From Azolla caroliniana (Eukaryota; Plantae; Polypodiophyta): 64,000 nucleotides of DNA. Under the pieces are notes generated by a model, which saw only the letters and a list, made by a program, of their open reading frames with translations, searched no databases and was not told the origin of the DNA. This document shows, in pieces, positions 63,501 to 64,000 of the stretch. Location: contig JBHGNT010000004.1 in assembly GCA_043228905.1 (NCBI GenBank), forward strand, positions 19,530,001 to 19,594,000. Direction: 5' to 3'. The number at the start of each line of letters is the position of its first letter. Position 1 is the stretch's first letter. The position numbers were made by a program, and so were the translations under genes.

Positions 63501-64000
63501 GATATAAGACAACACCTATAGCATAATCGTTTGCATCAGTTTCAACTTCAAAAAATTTTGAAGGATCAGGTAAAAGAAGCGAAGGAGTCTTGCACACCAG
63601 GTCCTTGAGTTCCTTAAAGGTGAGGTCTAGTGGAGCATTCCACACAATAGGTTTTGTCGACTTGCGCGTTTGACCTTTTAGAAGATCAGTAAACGCCGTA
63701 GTCAATTGGGAGTAATTACGAAGGGATTTTTGCAACAACCTGACAAAACCAACAAATAATCGAACTTCTCGAATATTTCGAAGAGTGGGCCAAAGATTGA
63801 TTTCTCGATGCGAGAATGATCAATTTCAACTCCTCGTTCGGTTATGAGATGTCCAAGATAAGTAATTGATTTCTTGAAGAACTCACATTTTGAGATCTTC
63901 GTATAGAATTGCTTGTCGCGTAATGTTTGTAAAACAAAGCAAACATGTTTAGCATGGTCTTGTAATGTAAGACTATAAACTAGAATATCATCCAAGAAAA
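60562..64000 (-). mobile_element. Chromovirus (Ty3/Gypsy) 3' part: RT-RNase H-integrase-chromodomain and 3' LTR; continues past the window
   Basis: 3' LTR 60562-61012 with PPT just beyond it. Chromodomain PERVLDVK...FKIKWMDKSIKDATWE in ORF 60999-61415, RNase H 63292-63738. Confidence 0.9.
62162..62793 (+). mobile_element. Solo LTR of a Copia family
   Basis: TG...CA termini, TSD TTTTT, homologous to LTRs 21832-22279 and 33656-34249. Confidence 0.88.

Overview
Eukaryotic, plant-type heterochromatin-like DNA with no host protein-coding gene. The tRNAs are of the land-plant cytosolic type, and there are TTTAGGG repeats and Ty1/Copia and Ty3/Gypsy elements. The backbone is two adjacent minus-strand tandem arrays built from tRNA genes. 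A tRNA-His(GUG) array (1-~13515) has a ~918-bp unit with one conserved tRNA plus about 4 decayed tRNA-His motifs. A tRNA-Arg(UCU) array (20557-~57305) has a ~1.0-1.4-kb higher-order unit made of about 5 diverged ~250-bp tRNA-Arg monomers. The arrays are interrupted by nested LTR retrotransposons: three Copia elements, one Copia fragment, two chromovirus-type Gypsy pieces, four solo LTRs and two full-length copies of an unusual Gypsy lineage. That lineage has a tRNA-Trp PBS, TGTCG...CGACA termini, 4-bp (A/C)CGT target duplications, a -1 frameshift site after the protease followed by a covarying H-type pseudoknot, and a covarying bulged hairpin before the PPT. One solo LTR carries dense heat-shock elements plus a TATA box upstream of a Copia gag. 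Coordinates were read by eye and no database searches were run.
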